Assembly (NCBI GenBank): GCA_023957235.1
Contig: JAMLHI010000006.1
Location: 77,525 to 141,524, forward strand
DNA length: 64,000 bases
From: Chitinophagales bacterium
Lineage (GTDB): Bacteria; Bacteroidota; Bacteroidia; Chitinophagales; JADIYW01
Reading direction: 5' to 3'
Part shown: positions 55,376-63,899 of the stretch, in pieces
How the letters are laid out: every line of letters begins with the position of its first letter
Position numbering within the stretch: the first letter of the stretch is position 1
Made by a program: the position numbers and the translations under genes
The notes under the pieces: model-generated
Seen by the model: the letters and a program-made list of their open reading frames with translations, nothing else
What the model was told of the DNA's origin: nothing
The model's database searches: none

Positions 55376-57886
55376 ATGAAGAATGTGATATGGTTTGTAC
55401 TATTAGTAGGTAATTTCTTTTTCAATTTTAATGAAGTTTTTGCGCAATCAATTGTGCAAAAGAATAGCGCAGAGATATATCAAGATTTGCAGCGATTCAA
55501 TACGCTAGGTACAGTTTTATATGTGGCTGCTCATCCTGATGACGAAAATACTAGATTATTGTCATGGTTAGTCAATGAAAAGAAATTTAGAACGGCCTAT
55601 GTTTCTTTGACTAGGGGTGATGGAGGACAGAATCTGTTAGGAACAGAATTGGGAACTTTATTAGGAGTTATTCGAACACAGGAACTATTGGCTGCTAGGC
55701 GAATAGATGGGGCTGAGCAGTATTTTACAAGAGCTTATGATTTTGGATTTTCAAAAAGTCCAGAAGAAACCTTAGCTAAATGGAATGAAGATAGTGTGTT
55801 AATGGATTTGGTAGTCTTGATTAGGACTATTCAACCTGATGTGATGATTTGTCGCTTTCCGCCCACTGGAGAGGGAGGGCATGGTCATCATACAGCATCT
55901 GCAATTCTTGGAAGGAAAGCTTTTCAACTGGCCGCTGATTCACTTTTTAAAGATGATAAAGGGCTTCCGACTTGGAAAGTGAAAAGATTATTTTGGAATA
56001 CTTTTAATTTTGGTTCGGCTAATACAATTTCTGATAGTCAACTACAATTAGAAGTTGGAAATTTTAATCCTATTCTTGGTAAAAGTTATGGCGAGATAGC
56101 TTCGAGCAGTAGAAGTCAGCATAAGTCGCAAGGATTTGGTACGGCTGCTTTGAGGGGAGATTCAAAGGAATATTTTGTACAATGGTTGGGAGATTCTGTT
56201 TCTCAAAATATATTTGAAAATTTGAATACTTCATGGAGTAGAATACCTAGGACACAAGAGATTCAGTCTTTGTTTAATCAAGCAATAAATAAGTATAATA
56301 TTCAGAAGCCAGATGAAATATTGCCTATACTTTTAAATATTAAAGTGAAAATTCAACAGCTACAAATGTCTAAGGAGTATAACCCTGAAAAAAATAATTG
56401 GCTGAAATATAAAATTGAACAGTTGGATAAGTTGATTTTTCAATGTGCTGGAATATTTGTGACAGCAACTATTCATACCAATGAATTGTGTCATGAGGAT
56501 AGTGTACAAATTAAAATAGACGTATTGCATCGTTCGGAATTACCGGTAGCATTAAAAAGTGTAAGTCTATCTGAACAAAATATTATTTTAGATACATTAT
56601 TAAAATTCAATCAATTAAATTCTTTTACTTATACTATTACTATACCCAATAATTTACCTTTTACTAGCCCATATTGGCTGGATAGGGCCATCAAGAACAA
56701 TCTTTTTCAGCCTATAAAAGATAAGAATGGTAATCTGGCTTATATAGATGATGATATCTTGGTGAAAGGAGTTTTTGAAATCAATAGGCAAATATTTCAA
56801 CAAAATTTACCTTTGAACTACAGATATGTCGATCCGATACAGGGCGAAATTTATCAGCGTGCAATGATTCTACCTAAGGTGACAATGCAATGGTCCGAAC
56901 CATTTTCTTTACATCCAAATGGCAAAGAAGGTATTGTCAAATTGAAAGTAACTGCTCATACCACCGTAAAAGAAGGAGTCTTGAAATTGAAATATGCTGA
57001 TGGCTGGAATGTAATTTCAGAAAATGGTTGGAATCTACCTCAGTTATCAAAAAATCAGTCTTATGAGTTTGTATTAAAAATATCTCAAAAAGAAAAAGGA
57101 TATGCTAAAGACATTCTTGGGGCCTCTATTCTTATCCAAGGAGAGGCTTTTAATCAGGAATTGACAAATATTGATTATAGTCATATTCCTAAGCAGGCAA
57201 TATTAAAAACTTTAACTTTAACTTTAACATCATTTCCTATTGTTACTCATTTTCAACGTATTGGTTACTTGGAAGGAGCTGGAGATATGGTATCTGCCTC
57301 AATGAAGCAATTGGGGTATGAAGTGATTGAAATTAACGAGCAAAATTATAATCAGATAGATTGGAAGCAACTAGAAGCAGTAGTTGTTGGTGTTCGTGCA
57401 TATAATACTCATCAATGGCTGAATAATGCTTATGATAAAATGATGGAGTATGTTCATCAAGGAGGAAATCTTTTGGTTCAATATAATACGAATAACAGAT
57501 TAGGACCTATTATTGCACGTATGTTTCCTTATGAACTTCAAGTAACAACTGGTAGGGTGACAGTTGAAGAAGCTCCGGTAGAGATTTTAGATAGTTCTTC
57601 TGTGGTATTGAATTTTCCAAACAAAATATTGAAAAGCGATTTTGATGGATGGATTCAAGAAAGAGGAATTTATTTTGCTGGAACTAGAAGCAGTGAATGG
57701 AAGAGCCCTTTGGCAATGAATGATCCCAACGAATCTCCTAAAGATGGAAGTTTGGTATATGCTACTTATGGCAAAGGAAATCTAGTTTATACAGGTCTTT
57801 CATTTTTTAGAGAGTTGCCAGCTGGTGTAACAGGGGCATTCAGGTTATTTGTAAATCTTATAGAACTTCCTCAAAATAGCCAATAA
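55376..57886 (+). CDS. PIG-L/LmbE family deacetylase fused to a large C-terminal (GATase1/ThuA-like) region
   Basis: Signal peptide, AAHPDDENTRLL and GEGGHGHH zinc-site motifs, 836 aa. Confidence 0.8.
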   Translation: MKNVIWFVLLVGNFFFNFNEVFAQSIVQKNSAEIYQDLQRFNTLGTVLYVAAHPDDENTRLLSWLVNEKKFRTAYVSLTRGDGGQNLLGTELGTLLGVIRTQELLAARRIDGAEQYFTRAYDFGFSKSPEETLAKWNEDSVLMDLVVLIRTIQPDVMICRFPPTGEGGHGHHTASAILGRKAFQLAADSLFKDDKGLPTWKVKRLFWNTFNFGSANTISDSQLQLEVGNFNPILGKSYGEIASSSRSQHKSQGFGTAALRGDSKEYFVQWLGDSVSQNIFENLNTSWSRIPRTQEIQSLFNQAINKYNIQKPDEILPILLNIKVKIQQLQMSKEYNPEKNNWLKYKIEQLDKLIFQCAGIFVTATIHTNELCHEDSVQIKIDVLHRSELPVALKSVSLSEQNIILDTLLKFNQLNSFTYTITIPNNLPFTSPYWLDRAIKNNLFQPIKDKNGNLAYIDDDILVKGVFEINRQIFQQNLPLNYRYVDPIQGEIYQRAMILPKVTMQWSEPFSLHPNGKEGIVKLKVTAHTTVKEGVLKLKYADGWNVISENGWNLPQLSKNQSYEFVLKISQKEKGYAKDILGASILIQGEAFNQELTNIDYSHIPKQAILKTLTLTLTSFPIVTHFQRIGYLEGAGDMVSASMKQLGYEVIEINEQNYNQIDWKQLEAVVVGVRAYNTHQWLNNAYDKMMEYVHQGGNLLVQYNTNNRLGPIIARMFPYELQVTTGRVTVEEAPVEILDSSSVVLNFPNKILKSDFDGWIQERGIYFAGTRSSEWKSPLAMNDPNESPKDGSLVYATYGKGNLVYTGLSFFRELPAGVTGAFRLFVNLIELPQNSQ

Positions 57887-58017
57887 TGAAAGAAGATAAA
57901 GAAGAAGATAAAGTTCCTGTTTTTAAGTCATGGAGAGCTTGGTATATATTATCAATATCTGTTTTGCTTTTCCTTATTTTATTTTTTTTTATTCTAACTG
58001 CTTTATTTAATGAGTAA
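57886..58017 (+). CDS. Small (43-aa) single-pass membrane protein, not in the ORF track
   Basis: MKEDKEEDKVPVFKSWRAWYILSISVLLFLILFFFILTALFNE. Its ATG overlaps the upstream stop (TAATG), and its last 8 nt overlap the symporter ATG at 58010. Confidence 0.5.
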   Translation: MKEDKEEDKVPVFKSWRAWYILSISVLLFLILFFFILTALFNE

Positions 58018-59704
58018 TGTAGATTGGATTGTACTGAGTTCTACTATTTTATTAATAGTTGTTTACGGTATGTATAAAAGTCGAGGTCAAAAAAATCTTC
58101 AGGGATATTTATTGGCTGACCGTCAGCTTCCTTGGTATCATGTAGGACTTTCTGTGATGGCAACACAGGCTAGTGCGATTACTTTTCTTTCTGCTCCCGG
58201 TCAAGCTTTTAAAGATGGGATGAGTTTTGTCCAATTTTATTTAGGACTTCCATTAGCCATGATTGTATTGTGCATTGCATTTATTCCAGTATATCATCGG
58301 ATGAATATTTATACAGCTTACGAATATTTGGAAAAAAGATTTGATGTAAAAACTCGAACTCTGACTGCTATTCTATTTTTAATTCAACGAGGCCTATCGA
58401 CAGGTATCACTATTTATGCTCCTTCTATTGTCTTGTCGCATATTTTGGAGATGGATATTTATTATGCTATTGGCATTATTGGAGTTTTAGTGATTATTTA
58501 TACTGTTTATGGAGGGACAAAAGCAGTGTCATATACTCAAATGTTACAAATGGCTATCATTTTTTCAGGATTATTTATGGCTGCTTCTATGGTATTGTCT
58601 ATGTTGCCATCAGATATTGGTATCATACGTTCCATGAAGATTGCAGGAGCTACAGGTAGAATGAATGTGATAAATTTTGATTGGGATTTCAATAATAAAT
58701 ATACTTTATGGTCTGGGTTGATAGGAGGTTTTTTCCTTCAGTTGTCATATTTTGGGACAGATCAGTCTCAAGTAGGTAGATATCTGACAGGGAGTTCAAT
58801 GGCTGAGAGTAGATTAGGATTATTGATGAATGGCCTCATTAAAATCCCTATGCAATTTTTTATTTTAATGATTGGAATTTTGATTTTTATCTTTTACGAA
58901 ACACATCCTGCTCCAGTCAATTTTAATAAAGCTATTGTAGAAAAAGTTCAAGAGGACAACAATTCCAATGAGTTAAGTCATTATTTGGATGAATATGAAA
59001 TTGCCCAGAATGAAAAGCAAATTTCTGCCATTCAATATGCTGAAGCTTTGGAGTTGGGAAATTCAGAAGAGATTAGTCAAGCGAAGAAGCAATATCTTTT
59101 AGATTATACATATTCACAGGATATGCGTAAACAAGCCAATGATTTTATGACCTCACTGAATAGGCAATTAGATTTTAATGATTCAAATTATGTCTTTTTG
59201 AGTTTCGTTACAGAACATTTACCAATGGGTTTAGTAGGTTTATTGATTGCAATTATATTTTTAGCATCAATGGGTTCTTGCGCTTCTGGATTAAATTCTT
59301 TAGCATCCACATCTGTAGTTGACATTTATAAAAGATGGAATTCTAATAAAATGTCTGATAAATTGGAGTTGAAAATATCACGCTGGGCTACGTTTTTATG
59401 GGGAGTTTTTTGTGTGATAGTTGCTTTAAATGCCTCAAAATTGGGAAATCTTATTGAAGCCGTTAATATTTTAGGGTCATTATTTTATGGAACGATATTA
59501 GGTATATTCTTGGTTGCCTTATTTGTGAAGTCTGTCAATGGACAACAAGTGTTTATAGCAGCTATTATTGCTGAATGTATTGTGGCTTATTGTTATTGGT
59601 ATGACAAAGTAGAATATTTATGGTTGAATGTCATAGGTTGCTTGGCTGTGATGAGTATTTCTTGGATATTATCTATTTTTCGAGTGATGAAGACCGTCCG
59701 GTAA
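58010..59704 (+). CDS. Sodium:solute symporter (SSS family)
   Basis: About 13 TM helices with SSS-typical segments (SVMATQASAITFLSAPGQAF, YTAYEYLEKRF, GGTKAVSYTQ). Confidence 0.9.
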   Translation: MSNVDWIVLSSTILLIVVYGMYKSRGQKNLQGYLLADRQLPWYHVGLSVMATQASAITFLSAPGQAFKDGMSFVQFYLGLPLAMIVLCIAFIPVYHRMNIYTAYEYLEKRFDVKTRTLTAILFLIQRGLSTGITIYAPSIVLSHILEMDIYYAIGIIGVLVIIYTVYGGTKAVSYTQMLQMAIIFSGLFMAASMVLSMLPSDIGIIRSMKIAGATGRMNVINFDWDFNNKYTLWSGLIGGFFLQLSYFGTDQSQVGRYLTGSSMAESRLGLLMNGLIKIPMQFFILMIGILIFIFYETHPAPVNFNKAIVEKVQEDNNSNELSHYLDEYEIAQNEKQISAIQYAEALELGNSEEISQAKKQYLLDYTYSQDMRKQANDFMTSLNRQLDFNDSNYVFLSFVTEHLPMGLVGLLIAIIFLASMGSCASGLNSLASTSVVDIYKRWNSNKMSDKLELKISRWATFLWGVFCVIVALNASKLGNLIEAVNILGSLFYGTILGIFLVALFVKSVNGQQVFIAAIIAECIVAYCYWYDKVEYLWLNVIGCLAVMSISWILSIFRVMKTVR

Positions 59705-59850
59705 TGCTCGGTCATTGAGGTTCTAGTCTGGTCATTGAGGTTCTCGAAATGACCTCTCTCGAAATGACCACTCTCAATATGACGGTTCGAGTATTTCGAG
59801 AGCCTCAATAACCCTCACCGTCCGGTAGCACACGGTCATTGAGGTTTGGA
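59693..59850. repeat. REP/MITE-like block of short direct and inverted repeats, visibly G+C-richer than its surroundings
   Basis: accgtccggta...cggtcattgaggtt occurs at 59693-59722 and 59817-59846. ggtcattgaggttct occurs twice (59710, 59730). ctcgaaatgacc occurs about 3 times at a 15-bp period (59743, 59758, 59773). The arm 59730-59754 is the reverse complement of 59789-59813 (20/25). Confidence 0.7.
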
Positions 59851-59900
59851 CATCGAGCAGTTCGATAAACTCACTGTAGCACCTGTCGAAGCGAAAGAAT

Positions 59901-60135
59901 CTCATTTCTAGACTGTATTCTATATAGATGCTTACAGCATGACATCCTACTGCTGTCATTCTGCGGTCGCTGAGTTTGTCACCCTGTAAGGGTCTCATTC
60001 CTAAACTGTATTCTATATAGATGCTTACAGCATGACATCCTACTGCTGTCATTCTGCAGTCGCTGAGTTTGTCACCCTGTAAGGGTCTCATTCCTAAACT
60101 GTATTCTATATAGATGCTTACAACATGACATTTTA
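59901..60135. repeat. 93-bp tandem repeat, about 2.5 copies
   Basis: Copies start at 59901, 59994 and 60087. Copies 1 and 2 differ at 3 of 93 positions, and copy 3 diverges after ~45 nt. Confidence 0.9.
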
Positions 60136-60473
60136 CCCCTCATTATCCCATCACGACTAAAGTCATTGGTTAATGGGACATTGGTACATCACTACATTTG
60201 TACTTTAACATATATCACTCTAAAATTAAATTTATATTTTTTTGATAAAATGAAATAAATGATTAGATTAGTTGATTCAAATCAATTATAAATACCCTTG
60301 TAATCTACCCTTAAACCAAAAGATATAGTGCCTCTTGTTTTGCGGTTTGAGTGGGTAATTACTTTTAAATCAAATAGTTAATTGATGAAGTGTTTTTTTA
60401 AAGAGGAAATGACCTTTAGCCGTTTGTTTTTAATTAAATCCAAATTTTCCTTTAACGAAAAACTAGAATTATT

Positions 60474-61208
60474 ATGAAAAAGAACAATATTCTATTCTTT
60501 ATTATCATAACGAGTGTTATGATGATTGCAAGTGCTTGTAAAAAAGACAAGTCTCCTGAAGGCATCACAATCAATAATCCTTATCTCAATCCTAGTTTGA
60601 CTTATGGCAATGTGACTGATATAGATGGTAATAAATATGCGACCATACAGATAGGTAATCAAGTCTGGATGGCAGATAACCTACGTACAACCAGATACAA
60701 TGACGGTACACCAGTACCTAATATAACTAACAATAGCGAATGGAGTAAATTGACGACAGGTGCTTATGTCTATTATAATAACGATGCTAGTCATAATGCC
60801 ACTTATGGCAAGCTGTATAACTGGTATGCAGTGAATACAGGCAAGTTATGCCCTCAAGGCTGGCATGTGCCTACGGATACAGAATGGACACAGATGAGTA
60901 CTTATTTAGGAACTAATGTTGGAGGAAAGCTGAAAGCTACAGGGAATACGGCAGACGGCACAGGCTTGTGGATATTACCCAATAGCGGTGCTACTAACGA
61001 AAGTGGTTTTACAGGCCTTCCGGGCGGCTACCGTGGTAGTCTCGATGGAAAATACAATAATATGGGCAACAACGGTTACTGGTGGAGTTCTACGGAGTAC
61101 ACTACAGGCCTCGCTTGGGGTAGAGACTTGGATTACAGTAACAGTACTGTGGGCAGAAACGACGACCATAAGAGAGGTGGTTTCAGTTGTCGTTGTGTCA
61201 GGGATTAG
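60474..61208 (+). CDS. FISUMP-domain lipoprotein (TIGR02145-like)
   Basis: Lipobox MIASAC. Motifs GKLYNWYAV, CPQGWHVPT, NESGFTGLPGGYR, GYWWSST, ending CRCVRD. Confidence 0.85.
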   Translation: MKKNNILFFIIITSVMMIASACKKDKSPEGITINNPYLNPSLTYGNVTDIDGNKYATIQIGNQVWMADNLRTTRYNDGTPVPNITNNSEWSKLTTGAYVYYNNDASHNATYGKLYNWYAVNTGKLCPQGWHVPTDTEWTQMSTYLGTNVGGKLKATGNTADGTGLWILPNSGATNESGFTGLPGGYRGSLDGKYNNMGNNGYWWSSTEYTTGLAWGRDLDYSNSTVGRNDDHKRGGFSCRCVRD

Positions 61209-61232
61209 CCTTGTGAAGGTTCGAGCATTTCG

Positions 61233-61394
61233 GCAGGTGTTACAGATTTGAAAATTCCACCAGCTAATCGACTGGAAATATTAAAAGGAGATTTAAAAGA
61301 ATTCTATAGCATTAGAATTAATAATCAATGGCGGATTATTTTCAAGTGGCAAAATGGAAATGCTTTTGAGGTTGAAATTATAGATTATCATTAA
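61233..61394 (+). pseudogene. higB: 5'-truncated higB (RelE/ParE-superfamily toxin) remnant
   Basis: Reads ...GVTDLKIPPANRLEILKGDLKEFYSIRINNQWRIIFKWQNGNAFEVEIIDYH(stop), the C-terminal ~55% of a HigB toxin. There is no start codon, and the N-terminal ~40 residues are missing. Confidence 0.7.
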
Positions 61395-61405
61395 AAATTA
61401 GAAAA

Positions 61406-61720
61406 ATGGAAAAATTAAGAAATATAACCCCTGGAGAAATTTTGTTAGAAGAATTTTTAATTCCTCTAGGAATTTCACAATATAGATTGTCAAAAGATTT
61501 AGAAATTCCACAAACAAGAGTTTCTGAAATTATTAAAGGGAATAGAAGGATTTCTGCAGATACAGCAATAAGATTAAGTGCTTATTTTGGAAATTCTGCA
61601 AAATTTTGGCTTGGACTTCAAGATGATTATGACATTGAAAATGAAATATCTGAAAAGTCAAAGGAAGTTAAAAGAATTTTAAAAATAAGAAAAGAGAAAG
61701 AAAAACTACTACTAACATGA
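61406..61720 (+). CDS. higA: HigA family antitoxin (XRE-type HTH)
   Basis: ITPGEILLEEFLIPLGISQYRLSKDLEIPQTRVSEIIKGNRRISADTAIRLSAYFGNSAKFWLGLQ. It starts 12 nt after the higB remnant. Confidence 0.85.
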   Translation: MEKLRNITPGEILLEEFLIPLGISQYRLSKDLEIPQTRVSEIIKGNRRISADTAIRLSAYFGNSAKFWLGLQDDYDIENEISEKSKEVKRILKIRKEKEKLLLT

Positions 61721-61816
61721 TGACAAATATATCGTTCTGAAAAATGCAAAGCGATTTTAAAGCCCTGATTTTGGAGGACGGACGTATTGATGAAGTCTGG
61801 AAGATGTCCTGACTAG

Positions 61817-61848
61817 CAAAAAAAAGCCCAAAATTGGGCTTTTTATTT
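61817..61848. terminator. Bidirectional terminator between higA and the convergent MaoC-like gene
   Basis: A-run, stem agccca / tgggct (61825-61830 / 61835-61840) with a 4-nt loop, then a T-run. Confidence 0.7.
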
Positions 61849-61858
61849 ATGTTGTTGA

Positions 61859-62713
61859 TTATTGTTTAATATATCCTTTTAAATGCGGATAAGCTTCTTT
61901 TTCATTGATAACATCAAAGAATGTTGTATTATCATTGACATTTTGTATTCTAGATATCACTTTGCCGGGTAGAAACAAAGGCTTTTTAAAAGAAACATAT
62001 AATTCATGAATTCCTTTGGTTGCAGATTGTATTGGCGCAACAGCTCTACTGAGAGAGTACCAGCCATGAATCAGATGTTTCGGAAATCCTAATAACTTAG
62101 CTCCTAGGGTATGCAAATGTATAGGATTGAAATCTCCGCTCACCTTCGCATATTCAAGCCCTAGGTGAGTCGCCAAGGACCAAGGATAAATATTGTCGGG
62201 AGTTGTAATGTCTATAGCAGGTTTTTCTTCTGCTGCTTCTCCTATCCCTTTTTTTCCTAAATACAAATTAATATTTTTTTGTTGCCAAACAATCTTGTCA
62301 TTTCTAGTCAAGGTCGTAATGATTTCTATTGCTGTACCTTTATCATGTTGAATCAATCGTCCAAATTGGCAGGTAGCATCAAGTCTATCAGAAGGATAAA
62401 TTGTATTGAATTGTTTGATTTCGCAAGACAAATGAACCATGCCAGGCAATGGGAATGGAGCATCAGGATGTGCCATTAATAAAGACTGTAAGCCAAAAAG
62501 TCGAACATACCAATATGGAGATGGAACAGTGCTTTCATCAAAGCCAAACATTCTGCAGTATCCTTCATATTGCTTTTTATCTATTGCAAGATTTTTAATG
62601 GTATAACCTTTGTCAGGGATTGTGTTGCCTGGTTTTTTGATACTAGTAATACTAGCTCTAAAAAGTGTTTCTATTGAACTGGGCAAGGAGTTAAGAGGAA
62701 ATAATTGTGCCAT
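61859..62713 (-). CDS. MaoC-like (hot-dog fold) dehydratase family protein
   Basis: GDFNPIHL motif in the C-terminal half. The ~284-aa length is consistent with a double hot-dog. Confidence 0.7.
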   Translation of the reverse strand: MAQLFPLNSLPSSIETLFRASITSIKKPGNTIPDKGYTIKNLAIDKKQYEGYCRMFGFDESTVPSPYWYVRLFGLQSLLMAHPDAPFPLPGMVHLSCEIKQFNTIYPSDRLDATCQFGRLIQHDKGTAIEIITTLTRNDKIVWQQKNINLYLGKKGIGEAAEEKPAIDITTPDNIYPWSLATHLGLEYAKVSGDFNPIHLHTLGAKLLGFPKHLIHGWYSLSRAVAPIQSATKGIHELYVSFKKPLFLPGKVISRIQNVNDNTTFFDVINEKEAYPHLKGYIKQ

Positions 62714-62805
62714 AATACAAATATGGTTAAAACTCTTGACATGAGTACATTTTCCAATATTCTACTATGTAATTTTTCAATTTCTTAAAATTAGAAACTG
62801 AAAAA

Positions 62806-62835
62806 TAAAAAAGGAGCATTTCTGCTCCTTTTTAT
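62806..62835 (-). terminator. Terminator of the FKBP gene
   Basis: Stem aaggagca / tgctcctt (62811-62818 / 62823-62830) with a 4-nt loop. The plus-strand A-run gives a T-run on the minus strand. Confidence 0.65.
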
Positions 62836-63803
62836 TATTTTACTTCTAAGACTTCAATATCAAATATCAACACAGAATTGGGAGCTATGACTCCTCCTGC
62901 ACCTCTTTCTCCATATCCCAATGTAGATGGAATGATTAATGTGCCCTTTCCTCCTGCTTTAAATAGAGGAAGTCCTTGTTCCCAACCTTGTATTACTCTG
63001 TTAGAACCTACTGAAACATTAAAAGGTTGATTTCTGTCTTTAGATGAATCAAATTTAGTACCGTCAAGCAATTTTCCTGTATAATGAACCACCGCAATAG
63101 AACCAACTTTGACTTGTGCACCTTTTCCTTCTTCTGTCATATAATATGCTAATCCAGAAGGTAGATACTGAAGTTTCAAATGATGATCTTTAGCATATTG
63201 CTCTATGATTGATTTGTCAATAGCTCCTTGCTTTGCTATTCTTGCTTCTGCCTCAGCTTGAATTTTTTGTTGCAATACTTTTTGATGTTCCATATATGTA
63301 GCGTTGTCCATAGTCTCTAATACTTCGATATCAAATATTAAAGGGGAGTTGGCAGGTATGACTCCTCCGACTTCACTATCACCATAAGCTAAATTGTTGG
63401 GAATGAAAATTGTTCCTTTTTCACCAGTCAAAAATAAAGGAATTCCTTTATCCCAACCTTGAATTACTTGCCCTATCCCAATTTTAAAAGTAATAGGTTC
63501 TCCTCTTTGAATAGAAGAATCAAATATCCTTTCGCTTAACAACTTGCCAGTATAATGTACTGTAACATAGTCGTTAGCATTTACTTTTTTTCCTTCTGGG
63601 TTTGCTTTGCTTTTGATATAATAAATTCCTTCAGGAGAAACCTTTACGTCAAATAGCTGATTATCTCTTAAATAAGTTTCTATAGCTAGGTCTCTAATGG
63701 GAGCATTTTCAAATTGTTTTTCCATAATTTCTATTGTTTGTGCCTGACTTGAAATAATAGCTGAAAACAGCAAAAAACTACCTAATATCCATTTTGTTTT
63801 CAT
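62835..63803 (-). CDS. Periplasmic FKBP-type peptidyl-prolyl isomerase with two FKBP domains
   Basis: Two copies of VHYTGKLL-x-(G/E)-x-(K/I)-FDSS...VIQGW(D/E)...LIFDIEVLE. Signal peptide after the ATG at 63803; the track start 63827 is TTG. Confidence 0.9.
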   Translation of the reverse strand: MKTKWILGSFLLFSAIISSQAQTIEIMEKQFENAPIRDLAIETYLRDNQLFDVKVSPEGIYYIKSKANPEGKKVNANDYVTVHYTGKLLSERIFDSSIQRGEPITFKIGIGQVIQGWDKGIPLFLTGEKGTIFIPNNLAYGDSEVGGVIPANSPLIFDIEVLETMDNATYMEHQKVLQQKIQAEAEARIAKQGAIDKSIIEQYAKDHHLKLQYLPSGLAYYMTEEGKGAQVKVGSIAVVHYTGKLLDGTKFDSSKDRNQPFNVSVGSNRVIQGWEQGLPLFKAGGKGTLIIPSTLGYGERGAGGVIAPNSVLIFDIEVLEVK

Positions 63804-63899
63804 AACTGATAATTTTGATGAGTTCAATTGATTGAGTGTTTTTGAATAAGTAGTGATATTCTCAAACTTTATACCAAAATGTGAAGATATCCAAGGTGT

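Noticed and set aside
59593-60091. Two minus-strand ORFs (71 aa and 105 aa) downstream of the symporter
   Set aside because: They are read-throughs of the REP-like block and the 93-bp tandem repeat (a 31-aa unit repeated verbatim). One overlaps the symporter 3' end. No independent coding evidence.
60975-61251. ORFs 60975-61169 (minus) and 60988-61251 (plus) overlapping the FISUMP gene
   Set aside because: They are alternative frames of a gene with clear family motifs. Their products are low-complexity Val/Thr-rich strings.
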